Below, piece after piece: positions 42,497 through 44,033 of a stretch of 44,033 nucleotides of DNA. The stretch is taken from the sequence record MT613935.1; one strand, given 5' to 3'. This stretch comes from Pseudomonas phage Persinger. Below the pieces are notes generated by a model. It was given only the letters and a program-made list of their open reading frames with translations. It was not told where the DNA came from and made no database searches. The first letter of the stretch is position 1, and each line of letters begins with the position of its first letter. Made by a program: the position numbers and the translations under genes.

Positions 42497-44033
42497 TTTG
42501 TTGGCCTCCAGTCGGCGCGGGTTTGGGCGGCTGCCGGCCCATGCTCAGCAGCACCAGTTCTTTGGCCGTTGCTTCGTCAATTCCTTCGGCCTTGTATGCT
42601 TCGATCATCGCCGCCACGTCGCGGGCGGACTCGCGCCAAACCGCGTCAGGGTCTTGGCCCTGCTCGCGAATGATGCGGCCTGGACTGGTCAGCATGTTGT
42701 TTTTCGACTCCACGGCGGCGTCCACGTCGGCGCGCGGGTCGATCCACTGCCAGCGGCGAGCCTGCCAGGAAACGTTCCGGTAACGGTCGATGCGCTCAGG
42801 CTTCAGCGGGCGGCCACGGACCACCAGCTTGCCCAGCAGCAGGGCGCGAGGTAGCCAGGCGTTGAACACCGGCTGAACCAGGCTTTCAATCAGCCATTCT
42901 TGCAGGTCTTTCCAGTGTTCGCGCTCGTCCAGCGTGCCCTGCCTGATGCTGGAAAAGTTCACGCCTTCCAGGTCGCTGGCCAGGTTGTTGTACAGGACGC
43001 CGAAACCGGCGGCCATGCCGCGCAGCGTCTGCTTGACGAACGGCGCATATTCGTTGCTCGGGTACTGCGGCGTGGTTTCCTTCACGCGGGCGCCGCGCGG
43101 CAGCACGTTCCATTCGCCAGGCTCGCTGTCGATAATCAGTTCTTCGTCTTCATCCAGGTCAGGCCCGGCGTCATCTTCCCACTCGATGAATCCCAGCTTG
43201 TTGGCGCCCACGCGAGCGTTCACGATTGCCGCGTCTTCCATGGCGGCGAGCTGGCGCATGCGGAACAGCGCGGTGGCCATCCAGGGCAGCCCGCGTTTCT
43301 GCCCCACCATGTCCTCCAGGAAGCCATGCACGATTTCAGCGGCAGGCACGCGGACGAAATGCTGACCGCCCCAGCGGTAATCGCTTTCGGTTTCGTCGGT
43401 GGTGCTGAAGTAATACGCCAGCGGTCGGCCGTAGCGGTTGAACTCGATACCCTGGCGGATGAAAGCGCCATGCGGCGGCCGGTCTTCGTTCATCCAGATA
43501 GGGCAGCGCTGCGGGTCCAGCACCTGCACGGCGAACTGCCACGGCCCCGCGTCGCGGCCGAAGACCAGGCGCACCATGAATTCGCCGTCTTTCGCGGCGG
43601 TGGTAACACAGCTGGTTTGAATGGCGCGCCAGGAACGCGTGCCGGTCACGTCGCAGTTCTCGCGCTGACCCCATTCCCACCAGCCGTTTTCAATCGCCTG
43701 GTTCGCCAGGGTGTCCAGCTTGCCGCGCTCGTCAGCACTCTGCGCCTGCAGCTGCACGCCCTGCGGCCCGACGATGTTCTGCCGGCACTGTCGCAGGAAC
43801 GAACGCGCATAGTCGTTGTTCGCGGACTGCTCCCGCGAGCGCGCGACAAGCACCTGCTGATTCCGGTCAACCACCTGGTCGGCCGTCAGCGGAGTGCCGC
43901 CCCAGGCAGTGGCCAGTCGGTCCTGCTTGGTGGCGGCGAACATGCGCGCTTGCAGTCGGCTGCGCATGGGCATGCGCTGCTTGTCGGCGGCCGGTTCTTC
44001 CGGTGCTTTGTTGCGCTTCAGCCAGTTGAACAT
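42483..44033 (-). CDS. Portal protein, lambda gpB family
   Basis: 516 aa, gpB-family throughout. ATG is the last three bases of the window. Continues the Nu1-A-W-B order across the circular junction. Confidence 0.85.
   Translation of the reverse strand: MFNWLKRNKAPEEPAADKQRMPMRSRLQARMFAATKQDRLATAWGGTPLTADQVVDRNQQVLVARSREQSANNDYARSFLRQCRQNIVGPQGVQLQAQSADERGKLDTLANQAIENGWWEWGQRENCDVTGTRSWRAIQTSCVTTAAKDGEFMVRLVFGRDAGPWQFAVQVLDPQRCPIWMNEDRPPHGAFIRQGIEFNRYGRPLAYYFSTTDETESDYRWGGQHFVRVPAAEIVHGFLEDMVGQKRGLPWMATALFRMRQLAAMEDAAIVNARVGANKLGFIEWEDDAGPDLDEDEELIIDSEPGEWNVLPRGARVKETTPQYPSNEYAPFVKQTLRGMAAGFGVLYNNLASDLEGVNFSSIRQGTLDEREHWKDLQEWLIESLVQPVFNAWLPRALLLGKLVVRGRPLKPERIDRYRNVSWQARRWQWIDPRADVDAAVESKNNMLTSPGRIIREQGQDPDAVWRESARDVAAMIEAYKAEGIDEATAKELVLLSMGRQPPKPAPTGGQQNAPA

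Noticed and set aside
1-44033. CRISPR arrays, rRNA, IS elements or transposases
   Set aside because: No spaced direct-repeat arrays, no transposase-like ORFs and no terminal inverted repeats were seen anywhere in the window.

Overview
The window reads as one complete, circularly permuted, visibly GC-rich temperate phage genome of about 44 kb. Nearly all late genes are on the minus strand. No CRISPR array, rRNA or obvious transposon is present.

Module layout:
- Lambda-like packaging and head genes wrap across the window ends. Nu1-like small terminase (2575-3096), gpA-like large terminase (537-2582) and a gpW-like joining protein (1-555) continue into the portal (42483-44033) and a single prohead-protease/scaffold/HK97-capsid ORF (40439-42496).
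- A P2-like contractile tail block in canonical order (V, PAAR-like, W, J, I, tailspike, tail fiber, fiber chaperone, sheath, tube, E/E', tape measure, U, X, D) spans 25035-38260.
- A lysis cassette (holin, second membrane protein, GH24 endolysin, nested Rz/Rz1) plus a Mor/C-type activator sits at 3279-5408.
- A P4-like module (tyrosine integrase, complete tRNA-Arg(TCT) with arm-type repeats, AlpA-like regulator, alpha-like primase/helicase) is interspersed with a long minus-strand early operon of small Cys-rich, nuclease (HNH, VRR-NUC, ParB-like) and unknown proteins.
- A plus-strand recombination/replication operon (PD-(D/E)xK exonuclease, Sak4-like ATPase, Xis-like HTH, TraR-like, SSB, SprT-like metalloprotease) spans 18765-23252.

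Non-genic signals worth a second look:
- An 18-19-bp element is repeated five times (four perfect 19-mers, one with a single substitution), always in late-gene orientation about 25-110 bp upstream of late gene starts. Three copies are read in-frame as EIPQE(E/D).
- A peptide motif [P/A]-A-N-D-N-x recurs in at least ten mostly early proteins. Synonymous codon variation points to protein-level conservation, and the motif resembles the SspB-binding head of the SsrA tag.
- Two opposed arrays of 7-bp iterons (GTGACCA/TGGTCAC) flank an AT-rich core, a candidate P4-type origin.
- A roughly 55-bp promoter/operator block is duplicated in front of two early operons.
- A perfect 55-bp tandem duplication frameshifts the SF2 helicase gene.
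- A GGGTTTC slippery site fits gpE/E' recoding.
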